Shown here piece after piece: positions 1-9,722 of a stretch of 64,000 nt of DNA. Every line of letters begins with the position of its first letter. The stretch's first letter is position 1. The stretch is from NCBI GenBank assembly GCA_963663965.2, contig CAXXFK010000033.1:224001-288000 (forward strand), read 5' to 3'. The stretch is from Sedimentisphaerales bacterium (lineage in GTDB: Bacteria; Planctomycetota; Phycisphaerae; Sedimentisphaerales; SM23-30). A program made the position numbers and the translations under genes. The notes under the pieces were generated by a model. That model was not told the origin of the DNA. It was given only the letters and a program-made list of their open reading frames with translations, and ran no database searches.

Positions 1-321
1 ATTTATGAATTGCGTTCTCCAATAGCTTTATTGGGATAAGAATATAAATTTTGGATACATTTGGAGTGTTGACACCCATGCCGGCTTTATGGCCTAAGGC
101 TGGCTGGTTGTTGGCATCAATAACATAGAGGGCCTGCTGCGTTCTGCGTGAACCAGGGGTCCTTTTTTATTTTTATCCGAGAACATTTTATAAGACTGTT
201 GGTGGGTATGACAGTAGCATGTCGGGCAGTTTAGGGAGAAAGACAATGTTTAACCCCAAGTGGATTAACGTGGGAAATCCTCAAAGTGGGGGCAGTTGGT
301 TTTCAATTTGCATACACTGCA

Positions 322-1920
322 CTATTGAGGCTGCTTATCTGGTTGTTGGAATTCGCTATTTCCACCAGATAACTGTGGGGGAGAATTGGCATCAAGGGGG
401 CCGGGATTGATGGGTTGATCTGTGGTGGTAGGTCTGGCCAGCGGTATTATCGTATTGGCTTTCGAACCCGATTGAACGGTTTCGTTAGCAGTGGGAACGG
501 TATGGAATAGAGGAGGTAATTTTATTGCTTTGATGAGCAATTCAACTGCAATCAGGCTGGTTTTTTGAGATTCAGCTTCTAATTGAAAGTGATCCTTTGC
601 GAGCGCTTGTGGTTTATCACATTCCAATCTTACGGGATTTTCTTTCATGCGAGCCCAGGAGGCTGAATTGAGGTCAAACCTAACAGGAGAGTTAGAATCA
701 TAGGTCGGCAAAGCTATGTCATTACTATTTTTATTTAATGTTACTCTATCAGACGTGGCCGCCCCAAGATTATCCGCAGTATTAAGTGAGATTTCTGGAA
801 TGTCAACTGGGTCGTTTTTCAAATCAGTCTGTTCAGAGAAATAGTTTTCCTTGAGGTGATCCAGCTGAGATGTTTCAGAGGTATTAGTAGTTAAATCATT
901 CCCGGGAAAAATTGTCGGCAATGAAGGGCTGCTCGTCAGCATCGAGTACCATAAGTTGTTGATGTTAAATTTATTGTCGATAACGGCTATACGCTCGTTT
1001 GGTAACATCCGTAAAATTCTGGCTGCCTGAACATCTCGATTCGCTTCGGTTGCAAGATTGAACGCTTCTTCATTAGAAGGTTCTGAGAGGATAATATCCC
1101 GGTTATTTTCCTCATCCTGTAATACAATTTGCATTGAGGTATTGTCAAGTTGGCTGAGTTCGCCAAATAAGTTTTTAAACTGGTGGTCTGTACACATGAA
1201 AGCGAACTGTGGATTTGTTGGATCTTTAATATTGCTGACTACGTGATTTATCTGGTTGTCATAAATCAGTTTTTGTACTTCAAGTCCGGGTTGTTGGGGA
1301 GGGCTGTAAGTTATAACTAGCTTGATTGTGCCATATGATAACTCGGAATCAGTATTTGGGATTAATAAATCAGCCATTTTGTTAACGGGAGCCGATACTT
1401 CCGGTGTGAAGCTTGAATTTAAGGATGATGAATCGGGTTTGATACCAAATGACCTGAATTTGTGTTCTTCCTTCTTTGTTGAATCAGTGGATTCATCAGG
1501 GTAATCATCCAGCATGACTATCGGTTCATTTTCAACCGTGAGAGATTGCTTTAAGGATCGGTTATCATGTAAAACATTATACACGATCATGACAATTGCT
1601 CCCGCCAGAATCAGCATGGCAGCCGTTTCCAGCCAGCGTCTCCAACGTAAATGTTTATGGCCTGCCGCTTCGGAAAATCCGGAATGCCCTTGTAATAAGA
1701 TATCTCGTTCGAGATCATATAAAACTGACTCTGCCAATTCGACAGGGGCTTTCAGGCGAGGTAAATCCGATAGAACCTGGCGTACCTGGTTCAGGTCCGA
1801 TAGAGTTTGACGAATCTGCTCATCTTTCTCGAGAAGACTTTCAACTTTTTGCCGTCTGGAATCCGGCAATTCATCATCCAGATATGCGTTCAGAAGATGG
1901 TTAATTTCATTTGTATTCAT
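322..1920 (-). CDS. Membrane-anchored anti-sigma factor with large extracytoplasmic domain
   Basis: N-terminal LLNAYLDDEL anti-sigma motif, one TM segment (AAMLILAGAIVMIVY), directly downstream of an ECF sigma gene; no HxxxCxxC zinc motif. Confidence 0.8.
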   Translation of the reverse strand: MNTNEINHLLNAYLDDELPDSRRQKVESLLEKDEQIRQTLSDLNQVRQVLSDLPRLKAPVELAESVLYDLERDILLQGHSGFSEAAGHKHLRWRRWLETAAMLILAGAIVMIVYNVLHDNRSLKQSLTVENEPIVMLDDYPDESTDSTKKEEHKFRSFGIKPDSSSLNSSFTPEVSAPVNKMADLLIPNTDSELSYGTIKLVITYSPPQQPGLEVQKLIYDNQINHVVSNIKDPTNPQFAFMCTDHQFKNLFGELSQLDNTSMQIVLQDEENNRDIILSEPSNEEAFNLATEANRDVQAARILRMLPNERIAVIDNKFNINNLWYSMLTSSPSLPTIFPGNDLTTNTSETSQLDHLKENYFSEQTDLKNDPVDIPEISLNTADNLGAATSDRVTLNKNSNDIALPTYDSNSPVRFDLNSASWARMKENPVRLECDKPQALAKDHFQLEAESQKTSLIAVELLIKAIKLPPLFHTVPTANETVQSGSKANTIIPLARPTTTDQPINPGPLDANSPPQLSGGNSEFQQPDKQPQ

Positions 1921-1934
1921 ATAATTAATACTAA

Positions 1935-2591
1935 TTACTTATGGTTCAGATAGTTCCGAAGGGTCATCCGTGCCCTGAACAGCCTGCTTTTGATTGTGCC
2001 TACGGGTTGTTCCAGGATGCGAGCAATCTGATTATAGCTTAAATCTTCAATATCGCGCATGATGACCACGGCGCGATGGTCTTCATCCAGTTTATCTAAT
2101 GCTTCAAGCGCGCGCGCATGTTCTTCTTTCAATTCGGCCTGTCGTTCCGGGCCGCGATTATTACTCGATTCCATCATATCCAGCAAAGTTTGAGCCTGAT
2201 TATTCTGGGCATGAGGTTCATCTAAAGAAGCAAAATGTACTTTTCCGGCTCGACGACGATGGCTCAGGCATAAATTTATCCCAATCCGAAACAGCCAGGT
2301 GTAAAAGCCGGCATTGCCCCGGAACCGACCTATGTTTTTCAAGGCTCTAAAAAACGCTTCCTGAGTAAGTTCCAAAGCATCATCATAGTGCCCGGTCATT
2401 CGGTAGATTGCGTTAAATAAACGGTCCTGATATAAATCGATCAACTGGCCATAAGCCACCATGTTGCCTTTTCGGCACCGAGCTAATATTGCCTCTTCAT
2501 CAATCGATTTTACCTTGTGGCCTGTCATATAACTTTGACTCACCGGGCCCGACGAGGTTCCATCGAAAATGCCTGTTTTATTGTTTTCCAT
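1935..2591 (-). CDS. ECF RNA polymerase sigma-70 factor (RpoE/SigW-like)
   Basis: Region 2 (DALELTQEAFFRA..FYTWLFRIGIN) and region 4 (LSYNQIARILEQPVGTIKSRLFRAR); ATG at 2591 preferred over the upstream TTG, start uncertain. Confidence 0.92.
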   Translation of the reverse strand: MENNKTGIFDGTSSGPVSQSYMTGHKVKSIDEEAILARCRKGNMVAYGQLIDLYQDRLFNAIYRMTGHYDDALELTQEAFFRALKNIGRFRGNAGFYTWLFRIGINLCLSHRRRAGKVHFASLDEPHAQNNQAQTLLDMMESSNNRGPERQAELKEEHARALEALDKLDEDHRAVVIMRDIEDLSYNQIARILEQPVGTIKSRLFRARMTLRNYLNHK

Positions 2592-2701
2592 GCCTGCCTT
2601 GAAGATAAATATTAAAAACCGGCCGGGGAATCCAGGCAAAGCATCCGTGCCAGTTTGATGTTTCTGATTAAAAAGAAAACAGTCTATCCATTTACGGTAA
2701 C

Positions 2702-2723
2702 TTGACTGTTATATAACAGTCAA
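2702..2723. promoter_or_regulatory. Perfect 22-bp palindrome, operator-like
   Basis: TTGACTGTTATATAACAGTCAA is its own reverse complement. Confidence 0.55.
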
Positions 2724-2740
2724 ATTATCTGGACTATAAT

Positions 2741-2769
2741 ATCATGTCAGAAACACAAGTGAATGTCAA
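2741..2769 (-). promoter_or_regulatory. Sigma70-type promoter for the ECF sigma/anti-sigma operon
   Basis: Minus strand TTGACA (2769-2764), 17-nt spacer, CATGAT (2746-2741). Confidence 0.55.
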
Positions 2770-3140
2770 GGGCAGACCAGCAATTTACTTGGTTCAACAG
2801 GGGAAAGCGCTTCATTTTCAGGTAGTCGTTTGAGCTGTTAATTTATTTGATTATCAATGCCTTATATCTTTATTTTACTCGAAATATTATGTTTATGAAT
2901 TCATAAAAGTGGTAAGTATTTTAATATTTTGTTAATAAGGCTGGTATGATTATTATAATTGTAACAATCATTAAAATCGGAGTAATTGGTAAAAACCAGA
3001 GAGGTAGAACAATAAGCAGGGATTTTTCCGGGAAGGCCAGATAACTAACGAGAAATAAGAATGTTATCGAAATACAATCCACTCAGGATGATATTTTGAA
3101 ATGGCAGGAAATATGATCCGTGCAGGGCTTGATATTGGAA

Positions 3141-4730
3141 TTAAATGGGATTGGCGACTGCGGTGTTTTCGGTTTGGTAAATAATGCAATTGCGACCATT
3201 GGCTTTGGCCTGATAGAGCAATTCATCGGCCTGAGAAAAGATCAAAGTGTTGGACTGGCCTGCCCATGTTTGAATCCCGGCGCTGATACTAATTGGGATA
3301 TGGGTGTCCCGGAATTCCATCTTTTGAATATTGCGACGAATGATATCCAGGGTTCCATAAGCCTGGTAGGCATCCTGATCGGGGAGAATGATAATAAATT
3401 CATCACCGCCATAGCGGCCCAGGAGATCCGAATCATGCAGTCCGGTAAGTAAGATGGCCCCAACAGCTAAGATAATTTTATCACCGATGGAATGGCCACA
3501 GGTATCGTTGATTGTTTTAAAATTATCGATATCAATGATTGCCAGAGAAAAGATGGCGTTTTCCTGGCGACATCTGACGATTTCTGATTTTAGCCGGTCG
3601 ATCATATATCTCTGGTTATAAATGCCGGTCATACCATCCGTAACGGCCGCCAGTTCCAGCAGATTATTTTTCTGATTTAGTTCATCCATTAACTGGTTAT
3701 ATTGCCTGGTAAGAATTCCGATCTGGTCATTTCGATTATTATTCTGGAAGGTGTTCAGGGTGCCCGATTTAATAATTGATTTTATATGCTGCGAAAGATT
3801 GTCAATGGGCTTAATGATCGTACGGTTGATGAATGATCGTAGAATAATCAGCATGATAATAAATAATAACACCAGGAATAGAATGACCATACCGATGGTA
3901 TTGCGTCCTTTTTGGATAATGCCGGCCGATTGTTTGATAGACACTTTAAAAAGCGGATAATCCGCGTAATCACAGATAAGCGCTGAGGCAACCAGATTGC
4001 TTTCAGGATCTAGGCGAATAAGATATTTGTCTTCTTTTTTTAATTTTAGCGGATAATGAGTCAGGCAAGGCAGGATTTTGAAATCCAGGTGTGTAATCTG
4101 GCTAAGCGCGTCGATGAGTGATTTATCCAAAAATCTACCGAATATCAAGGTTCCTCGACAGGGTCCCTCGCCTTCACTGGTAATGACCGGCCGGCAGGCA
4201 AATAAGGTGTAATAGCCATTAATTAATCTTATTCCAGAATGCCAGGATTCTGAGAGGCCATTTTGTTCGATATCCCTGTCGACAATCAGCATGTGATGGT
4301 CAGGTGGAAATTTTTCGGATGGGATTTCTGTTATGAGATACTCCGCCGGTTCTTCTAAATCCGGGTCGAAAAGATAGGCCTTGTGCCAGAGAACCGTTCC
4401 GTCTGGTTTAACCAGATAGCAAAAATTCAATTGGCATCCTTGAAATGTGGCAACTCCAAAATTCGATTCAATATAATCAGGGTCGGCTGAATCCATGTAA
4501 TTGTAAGTATCGTCCCATCTGGCATAATCGTTACAGGTCATGTTGAGGGTTTCGATTTCGCGATTCAAGGCATCTTCGATCCGTTGCAGGTTTGTCCGGG
4601 CGGCATCGAATTCCAGATTGGTAAAGGAAGGCATAACGACCCGATCAGTTACCAACCATGCCCCCATAGCGCATAAGATTAATATAAATCCCATGGTCAG
4701 GCTGATTTTAGATTTCAGGTCTGATAACAT
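3141..4730 (-). CDS. Membrane diguanylate cyclase (CHASE4-HAMP-GGDEF)
   Basis: Two TM helices, CHASE4 motif DYARWDDTYNY, HAMP-like NDQIGILTRQYNQL, DIDNFKTINDTCGH and intact RYGGDEF. Confidence 0.93.
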   Translation of the reverse strand: MLSDLKSKISLTMGFILILCAMGAWLVTDRVVMPSFTNLEFDAARTNLQRIEDALNREIETLNMTCNDYARWDDTYNYMDSADPDYIESNFGVATFQGCQLNFCYLVKPDGTVLWHKAYLFDPDLEEPAEYLITEIPSEKFPPDHHMLIVDRDIEQNGLSESWHSGIRLINGYYTLFACRPVITSEGEGPCRGTLIFGRFLDKSLIDALSQITHLDFKILPCLTHYPLKLKKEDKYLIRLDPESNLVASALICDYADYPLFKVSIKQSAGIIQKGRNTIGMVILFLVLLFIIMLIILRSFINRTIIKPIDNLSQHIKSIIKSGTLNTFQNNNRNDQIGILTRQYNQLMDELNQKNNLLELAAVTDGMTGIYNQRYMIDRLKSEIVRCRQENAIFSLAIIDIDNFKTINDTCGHSIGDKIILAVGAILLTGLHDSDLLGRYGGDEFIIILPDQDAYQAYGTLDIIRRNIQKMEFRDTHIPISISAGIQTWAGQSNTLIFSQADELLYQAKANGRNCIIYQTENTAVANPI

Positions 4731-4862
4731 CTCTCTCGATTACATCCATATTGTCATACTCAGGTGGCTGTTGGAACCTGCTACAAAGGTATGTTTCCAA
4801 TAAGTAATCGGCTGGATATCAGGCCGGATTCATTGAATTACAGTTAAAGCTGCCGGATTTCT

Positions 4863-7571
4863 TTATGGCAATATACTTTGAATAAAGGACAAGGCGCTCT
4901 GCAAGGCCTGGTCAGTTTTGGAGGCATCTTTGCCGCCGGCCTGGGCCATTTGTGGGCGGCCCCCGCCGCCGCCACCGACGATGGGGGCGATTTGTTTGAC
5001 AATATCACCGGCCTTGACGCCTTTTTTGATCAGGTCGTCCGTTACGGCGGCCAGCAGGGAGACTTTGTTTTCTTCGCCGATAATGGCCAGTACGGTGGCG
5101 GAACTGGGTTTGATTTTTTTGATACGGTCCATCTGCTGGCGGACCGCTTCGGGATCGGCGTTGTCGAATTTGCCGATGACGATGGCGCTGTCGCCGATGG
5201 TGGCGGCGGAGTCGAGCAGGGCGTCGACGGCGGATTTCAGGTCGCCGGCGCTGCCTTGTTTGAGTTGTTTTTTGAGTTTTTTGTTTTCGTCGATCAGGGC
5301 AGTGACGCGGGTAACGATCTGGTCGGGGGCGGCTTTGAGCAGGGCGGATAATTCATCGATACCGGCGGAACGTTCGGAATAATAGTCATTTAAAGCCCGT
5401 CCGGTCATGGCAGTGATCCGGCGAACGCCGGTGGCGATGCTCTCTTCGCGTACAATTTTAAAAGAGGCGATCTGGCCGGTGTTATTGACGTGGGTTCCGC
5501 CGCAGAATTCGCGGCTGAAGGCTTTTTCCAGCCGGTCGGGCGATTCGGCGCCGATGGCCAGGACGCGGACGTGATCGCCGTATTTTTCGGAAAACAGCGC
5601 CATGGCTCCCAGTTGACGGGCGTCGTCGATGGGCATGACCTTAAAGGTAACCGGCATGTCCAGATAAATTTGTTCGAGTACTTTCTGTTCGATCTGGTGG
5701 ATTTCATCGCGGGTCAGGGCTTTGGGATGAGTAAAATCGAACCTGAGATAATCCGCACAGACCAGGGATCCTTCCTGATGGACATGGTCGCCCAGGACTT
5801 CTCTCAATGCCCATTGGAGCAGATGGGTGGCGGTGTGGTTTTTGCGGGTGGCTTCGCGAGCCGGGTCGATGGTGATGATGACCTGGTCGTTGACAGACAG
5901 ATTCCCTTTTTGGAGAGTACCGAAATGGACCGTCGCGCGGCCGACATGGCGGGTATCGTCGAAATTAAAGACGGCATCGCCACTGGTAATGGCTCCCTGG
6001 TCACCTACCTGGCCGCCTGATTCGGCGTAGGCGCAGGTTTTGTCCAGAACCAGGCCGATGGTGGTGTCCGATGGAATCGAACCTGAACTTAAATATTGAT
6101 CATCCTGGACCCAACCGAGGATTTTGGCGGTCAGGTGTGTAGTGTGGTATTTATCTATATCGTGGGTCTGGGGGAGTTGATCGGCCAGGGCATCGCCGAC
6201 ATAGACCACGTTTTTGCGGGCTGATCGGGCCAGTTCGCGTTGTTTTGCCATCAGCTGGTCGAAAACCGGGACATCAACTGTCAGGCCTTTTTCCTGGGCC
6301 AGCAGTTGGGTCAGGTCCAGCGGAAATCCGTAGGTATCATACAGGCGAAACGCCTTGTCGCCGGGCAGTACGGATGATCCTGCCTGGAGAACTTCGGCGG
6401 CATCGGCGGCGAAAATTTCCATACCACGGCTGAGGGTACGGGCGAAGCTGGTTTCTTCGGCTTCTATTACCGTGGCAACGTGTTCGGCGCGCTGTTTGAT
6501 CTCGGGAAAACTATCACCCATGACGCCAACTACCGTTGGTACCAGCTTATACAGGAATGGTTGGTTGAGATCCAGCAGGAGTCCGAAGCGGGCGGCGCGC
6601 CGGAGGATACGACGGAGAATGTAGCCCCGACCGTCATTGCTGGGCAGGGCGCCATCGGTAATGGAAAAGGTCAGGGTTCGAATATGGTCTGCAATGACCC
6701 GAAAGGCATTGTCGGTGTCGTTGCCCAGATGGCTGGTATATTGTTTGCCGCTGAGTTTTTCAACGGCGTGGATAATGGGCATGAACAGGTCGGTGTCGTA
6801 GTTGCTTTTCTTTTTCTGCAGGACCGACACGATTCGTTCGAGACCGGCGCCGGTATCGACATGGCAGGCGGGTAGTTTATGGAGTTTGGCGGTTTCGTCG
6901 CGGTTGTATTGCATGAAGACCAGGTTCCATAGCTCGATGAAGCGGGCGCAATCGCCATTGACCCGGCAGGTGTGGCCGGGTGCGCCCTGTTTGTCGCAAC
7001 GATCGGGGCCCAAGTCGATATGGATTTCGCTACAGGGTCCGCAGGGGCCGACATCGCCCATTTCCCAGAAGTTATCCTTTTTGCCGCAACGGAGGACATG
7101 GTCCGGGTTTATATCGGTGCGGGTTTTCCAGAGTTGTTCCGCTTCTTCGTCGGCGGGGAGGTTATCGCCGGCGTCGCCGCCGAAAACGGTGGCCCATAGA
7201 ACGGCCTTATCCAGTTGGTAGACCTGGGTTAACAGTTCCCAGGCCCATTTAATGGCTTCCTTTTTGAAATAGTCGCCGAAGGACCAGTTGCCCAGCATTT
7301 CGAAGAAGGTGTGGTGGTAGGTATCACGGCCGACTTCTTCGAGGTCGTTGTGTTTGCCGCTGACCCGGATACACTTCTGGCTGTTGGCGGCACGGGTATA
7401 GTCGGCTTTGCGAGCGCCGAGGAACAGGTCTTTGAACTGGTTCATACCGGCGTTAGTGAACATGAGGGTGGGATCGTCCAGCGGAACGACGGAACTGCTG
7501 GGGACGAAGGTGTGGTTTTTGCCGATGAAGAAGTCGATAAAGCTCTTGCGAATTTCCTGGGAAGTCAGCAC
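4863..7571 (-). CDS. alaS: Alanine--tRNA ligase
   Basis: DPTLMFTNAGMNQFK, HHTFFEMLGNWSFGDYFK, editing HTATH and EFCGGTH, C-terminal GGGGGGRPQMAQAGG. Confidence 0.99.
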   Translation of the reverse strand: MLTSQEIRKSFIDFFIGKNHTFVPSSSVVPLDDPTLMFTNAGMNQFKDLFLGARKADYTRAANSQKCIRVSGKHNDLEEVGRDTYHHTFFEMLGNWSFGDYFKKEAIKWAWELLTQVYQLDKAVLWATVFGGDAGDNLPADEEAEQLWKTRTDINPDHVLRCGKKDNFWEMGDVGPCGPCSEIHIDLGPDRCDKQGAPGHTCRVNGDCARFIELWNLVFMQYNRDETAKLHKLPACHVDTGAGLERIVSVLQKKKSNYDTDLFMPIIHAVEKLSGKQYTSHLGNDTDNAFRVIADHIRTLTFSITDGALPSNDGRGYILRRILRRAARFGLLLDLNQPFLYKLVPTVVGVMGDSFPEIKQRAEHVATVIEAEETSFARTLSRGMEIFAADAAEVLQAGSSVLPGDKAFRLYDTYGFPLDLTQLLAQEKGLTVDVPVFDQLMAKQRELARSARKNVVYVGDALADQLPQTHDIDKYHTTHLTAKILGWVQDDQYLSSGSIPSDTTIGLVLDKTCAYAESGGQVGDQGAITSGDAVFNFDDTRHVGRATVHFGTLQKGNLSVNDQVIITIDPAREATRKNHTATHLLQWALREVLGDHVHQEGSLVCADYLRFDFTHPKALTRDEIHQIEQKVLEQIYLDMPVTFKVMPIDDARQLGAMALFSEKYGDHVRVLAIGAESPDRLEKAFSREFCGGTHVNNTGQIASFKIVREESIATGVRRITAMTGRALNDYYSERSAGIDELSALLKAAPDQIVTRVTALIDENKKLKKQLKQGSAGDLKSAVDALLDSAATIGDSAIVIGKFDNADPEAVRQQMDRIKKIKPSSATVLAIIGEENKVSLLAAVTDDLIKKGVKAGDIVKQIAPIVGGGGGGRPQMAQAGGKDASKTDQALQSALSFIQSILP

Positions 7572-7878
7572 GTTTTGATTCCTTAATTTACTTATTATTA
7601 ACAGGTTATCTTTTGCCTGAGCTGAGGGGGGGGTTGCCCGTCAGCATGATAGATAGAATGGAATACTATATCATAATCGGGTTAATTCGCCAACAGGTTA
7701 AATTATGGGATTGAGTGAAAGCCGAGAACAAGAGGTTGATTTACGGGTATAGTTTGGGGAGTCGTAAACCCAGAGAATATGAGAGCCTGTCAATTAAGGG
7801 GCGCAACATGGCTGGGTGGATTGAGTTTTCTGTTCAATCCATGGGTGTTATGCACTGGTTGTAGTGATCGGGGCTACC

Positions 7879-8718
7879 TTATTTCTTAACCTCCTGGATG
7901 GGGATGTCGGCGGGTGGTTTAGTAGGGATGCCGAGGGCGTGGAGGGCTTCTTCGCCGTTCTGGTTGGCGAAATCGTTGAGGGCCTCGTAGCGGTTGCAGG
8001 CGTAACTGAAGACCTGGTCGTCAGTTACGCTGTGGTCTTTCATCAATTCGGGCAGGCGGTCTTTGATGTATTCGGGGGCCAATTTGGCTTCGCTGGGGTG
8101 CGTGGGGATTCTGAGTGGGTTGGGGATGTGGACGCGGGGTAAGTCGGGAAATGGGTACTCTGGCGGGTAGGCGTTGGGTTCGTTTGGTTTTTGTTGTAAT
8201 TGCAACTGTTGCAGTAGCTTAAGATTGGCCTGGAAGGTACGGTTGAGGTGGGCTTCGTAGCGGGCCAGGCAGTTGAAGGCGGGGACTTCGAGGGTGAAGG
8301 CGGTACCGACTTCGTTGTGGCGGGGCAGGTAGATACTCGAATGGGCGAAGGGCTGGTCGATGACGGTGTCTTTGCGGATTTCTTCGTTGGTGAGGCGGAG
8401 TTGATAGACGCGGGCGTCGATCATTTCGGCTTCGATGCGGCCGAGGCGTTCGAGTCGCCAGGCGGCCGAGACGATCTGGTCGGCGATGTGGCGCTGGAGG
8501 TAGGTGGTGGGTTTGAGGTCTTGTAACAGTGCGGCTCGGAACTCGAGGTAGGTGAGTTCGGATTCGCCGGGGACGATAAGGTGGGCGGGATCCTGGCCGC
8601 TGAGGCCGTGTTTGATGGCATTTTTCGATGAGATGGCTTTACCTTCGGGGGTTTTGGGGCCGGTGGATTTCTGGGCGTTGCGACGGTTGGCGCGTAGTCT
8701 TCTTAGGGACGATGACAT
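7879..8718 (-). CDS. Conserved hypothetical protein (ANRRNAQKSTGPKTPEGK family)
   Basis: N-terminus RANRRNAQKSTGPKTPEGKAISSKNAIKHGL, later AAWRLERL and LARYEAHL; GGAGG RBS upstream. Confidence 0.8.
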   Translation of the reverse strand: MSSSLRRLRANRRNAQKSTGPKTPEGKAISSKNAIKHGLSGQDPAHLIVPGESELTYLEFRAALLQDLKPTTYLQRHIADQIVSAAWRLERLGRIEAEMIDARVYQLRLTNEEIRKDTVIDQPFAHSSIYLPRHNEVGTAFTLEVPAFNCLARYEAHLNRTFQANLKLLQQLQLQQKPNEPNAYPPEYPFPDLPRVHIPNPLRIPTHPSEAKLAPEYIKDRLPELMKDHSVTDDQVFSYACNRYEALNDFANQNGEEALHALGIPTKPPADIPIQEVKK

Positions 8719-8735
8719 GGTGGTACCTCCTGTTT

Positions 8736-8793
8736 TATAAATTTAAAGTTTAGAATTTAAAATGCAAAATTGTGGTATCCGCCATTCGGCGGA
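8736..8793. repeat. Degenerate heptamer tandem repeat plus small hairpin
   Basis: TATAAAT TTAAAGT TTAGAAT TTAAAAT GCAAAAT followed by ATCCGCC-ATTC-GGCGGAT. Confidence 0.55.
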
Positions 8794-8918
8794 TGAGTTT
8801 TTTATTTTTCGTTAAGATCGATATATTGTTAGGGTTATGGCAATATTTTAACCCATTGGCTTTGTTTCGTTTTCTGTTGTTATTCGCTATGCTCATGGTT
8901 GTTTTATCTTTCGCCTCC

Positions 8919-8947
8919 GGTGCGAAACCCTGCAGGTTCGCCTCTAC
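8919..8947 (-). repeat. GTAG-type REP-like palindrome
   Basis: Minus strand GTAG-AGGCGAACC-TGCAG-GGTTTCGCACC: GTAG tetramer followed by an imperfect palindrome. Confidence 0.5.
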
Positions 8948-9499
8948 GAGGCGTGGCGTGGGACAAATTAAAAACAATCGTTGACCGGCGGTCTTACGAC
9001 CCTGGCTAGAAACGGTCGGCTCCTCCTGAGGCGGATCTTCGACCTTCGAGCCTTTTGCGTTTGGGTTGCCGGTTCGTGTTGTTTTTGTTGGTTTCCATTT
9101 CATTCGTAAGTTATTAACAGCCAAAATAAATTGGCTGGTTGGGTCTGGTCCGTATCAGATAGCACTGGGCCATGCATGCACCCATAAGCTTCGCTTTGCT
9201 ACGCTTGAAGTCGCCACGGTCTATGCGCAGAGGGTCTCCGCTGGCGTGGCCGGTTTGGGCGGGGCGCGCCGGGAGTTGGCGGGTGGTTTGGGGCTATTGG
9301 GGCGACTGTGGTATTATAGGTTAATGTTGCTTAAGATGCAAATAAAAATTTATATAAATTACAAAAAAAACATATTATATGTTATGTTTCTATAGACAGA
9401 TATGGTCAGGGTGGGGGTGTTCATGGTTTATTTGTATATAAGATATTAATTCATAGTTATTTACAGATTGATTTGATTATTGCGATTCGTTTTAAAAGT

Positions 9500-9549
9500 A
9501 TGAGAGTTATGGGAATTATGAGAATTATGGGAGATAGGGGATGGGAGAT
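9500..9549 (+). repeat. 9-bp tandem repeat array (ATG(G/A)GA(A/G)NN)
   Basis: ATGAGAGTT ATGGGAATT ATGAGAATT ATGGGAGAT ... ATGGGAGAT. Confidence 0.75.
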
Positions 9550-9722
9550 TGGTGATGTGGGGATTTTGTTGCTATGGGATTATTTTTAGTAATGGTGTTC
9601 TGGAATGAATATGGAAATCGATTTAATATTTTATTATATTGATTCAAACAGGATTATCAGGAGCGCCCAGAAGAAACCTAAGTAATAGCAGTAAGACTGA
9701 CTTGATATGATTTTGGATAATT

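Noticed and set aside
2706..2719. CTGT..ACAG core as an E. coli-type LexA box
   Set aside because: Spacer is 6 nt, not 8
4878..7586. Long antisense and alternate-frame ORFs over alaS (likewise over recG, infB, the phosphoesterase and the Ehr genes)
   Set aside because: Shadow ORFs expected from GC-rich codon bias of the real genes
7572..7700. T-box leader upstream of alaS
   Set aside because: Only a small GCTGA/TCAGC hairpin at 7621-7645; no T-box consensus or leader terminator seen
7780..7786. TGAGAGC as a duplicated tRNA-Lys 3' end (att site)
   Set aside because: Only 7 bp match, expected by chance
8750..9395. Short ORFs on both strands in the repeat-rich gap
   Set aside because: They run through palindromic repeats and lack recognisable motifs or clear RBS
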